From Octopus vulgaris (taxonomy: Eukaryota): DNA of 64,000 nucleotides. Numbering within the stretch: position 1 is the first letter of the stretch; every line of letters begins with the position of its first letter. Positions 63,003-64,000 of the stretch are shown one piece after another. The stretch spans positions 37,262,001 to 37,326,000 of the forward strand of contig OX597815.1 of NCBI GenBank assembly GCA_951406725.2. Direction: 5' to 3'. The notes beneath the pieces are model-generated. The model did not search any database and was not told the origin of the DNA. It saw nothing but the letters and a program-made list of their open reading frames with translations. Both the position numbers and the translations under genes were made by a program.

Positions 63003-63854
63003 TCTTCCTCCGGTTGCACAACCAGAACCATCTGAGCGTTTGAGGTGTGATATTCACATCTTGTATATCAAAAATTACATTATTCAATACATTCTTCATT
63101 TTAGATGGTAGGTCGTAATTTGAAAGAAATTTGTCCGCCATTTACTATAGGCAGAGAGATTGTGAGGAAGATCTATTGTGGAACATCAAGCCTAACTGAC
63201 ATACACTAGCGTTACTCCTACGTCGGATAAAATATTGTTAGATAGTATTACAGTGTGTGGAAGCCTCACCATTCTATCTATTTGTCTGCCTGTTCTATTT
63301 CACTTTATATTTTGCTCTTTCAAGGAGGTGTTAAGTGTAAGATGTGATGTGAAGTGTGAAGTACTTCGGAAGTGTGTCACTGGTGATAAGAGGAATGGTT
63401 TGCAATATTTCGGTTACATGTATAGATATTCTTACATTATTAATTCTATTTTAGCAAGTTGGCTACAAAATAATAATAAAAAATTATCTTATATTGTATC
63501 CAGTTCAGTTCTTCGTTAGAAAGGATAATTTGAACCTTTCAACGTTGTCCTTCTCCGCCACTAACTTTTCTTCCTCCTCCACGTTGAATACATACAACCA
63601 TACATGCATGCATACATACATACATACATACATACATACATACATACATACATACATACATACATACATACATACATGCATACATACATACATACACACA
63701 TACATTTTTATAAACAAAATCCATTCTTTAGTTTTCTCCTCTCTCTCCTTCTCTCTCTCTCTGTGTGTGTGTACGCGCGCGCGTGTCTGCATGTGTTTAC
63801 GTGTGTGTATGTATTTATACATATGGTTAAAACTGTCACCTGTCAGTTATATCT

Positions 63855-64000
63855 ATTTCTTTACTACCCACAAAGGGCTAAACTCAGAGAGGACAAACAA
63901 GGACAAACAAACGGATAAAGCCGATTATATCGACCCCAGTGCGTACCTGGTACTTAATTTATCGACCCCGAAAGGATGAAAGGCAAAGTCGACCTCGGCG
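63855..64000 (-). mobile_element. SINE family 2, cut by the window edge
   Basis: gtcgactttgcctttcatcctttcggggtcgataaattaagtaccag on the minus strand. Confidence 0.7.

Overview
Eukaryotic, AT-rich, extremely microsatellite-dense DNA. The repeat content (tRNA-derived SINEs, GATA/TA/AAT/TATG tracts) suggests a coleoid cephalopod such as Octopus; this is inferred, not verified. I could not support any host protein-coding exon. Most ORFs in the track are translated microsatellites. Real coding content is transposon-derived: one uninterrupted 5'-truncated CR1-group LINE ORF2 (4057-6477), plus decayed CR1, Tx1-like, Penelope (RT and GIY-YIG) and Tc1/mariner relics. Non-coding repeats include several SINE families, Helitron-like elements, a TTAGGG-carrying MITE, an (AAT)n-embedded ~555 bp element, local duplications and a 100-N gap. 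The most notable signal is not in the ORF track: about a dozen minimal type I hammerhead-ribozyme motifs, intact or degenerate, from at least six distinct short repeat families. They occur in tandem, inverted and fold-back arrangements typical of Penelope pLTRs or retrozymes, and none is attached to an intact ORF. All structures were read by eye and need covariance-model and cleavage tests.
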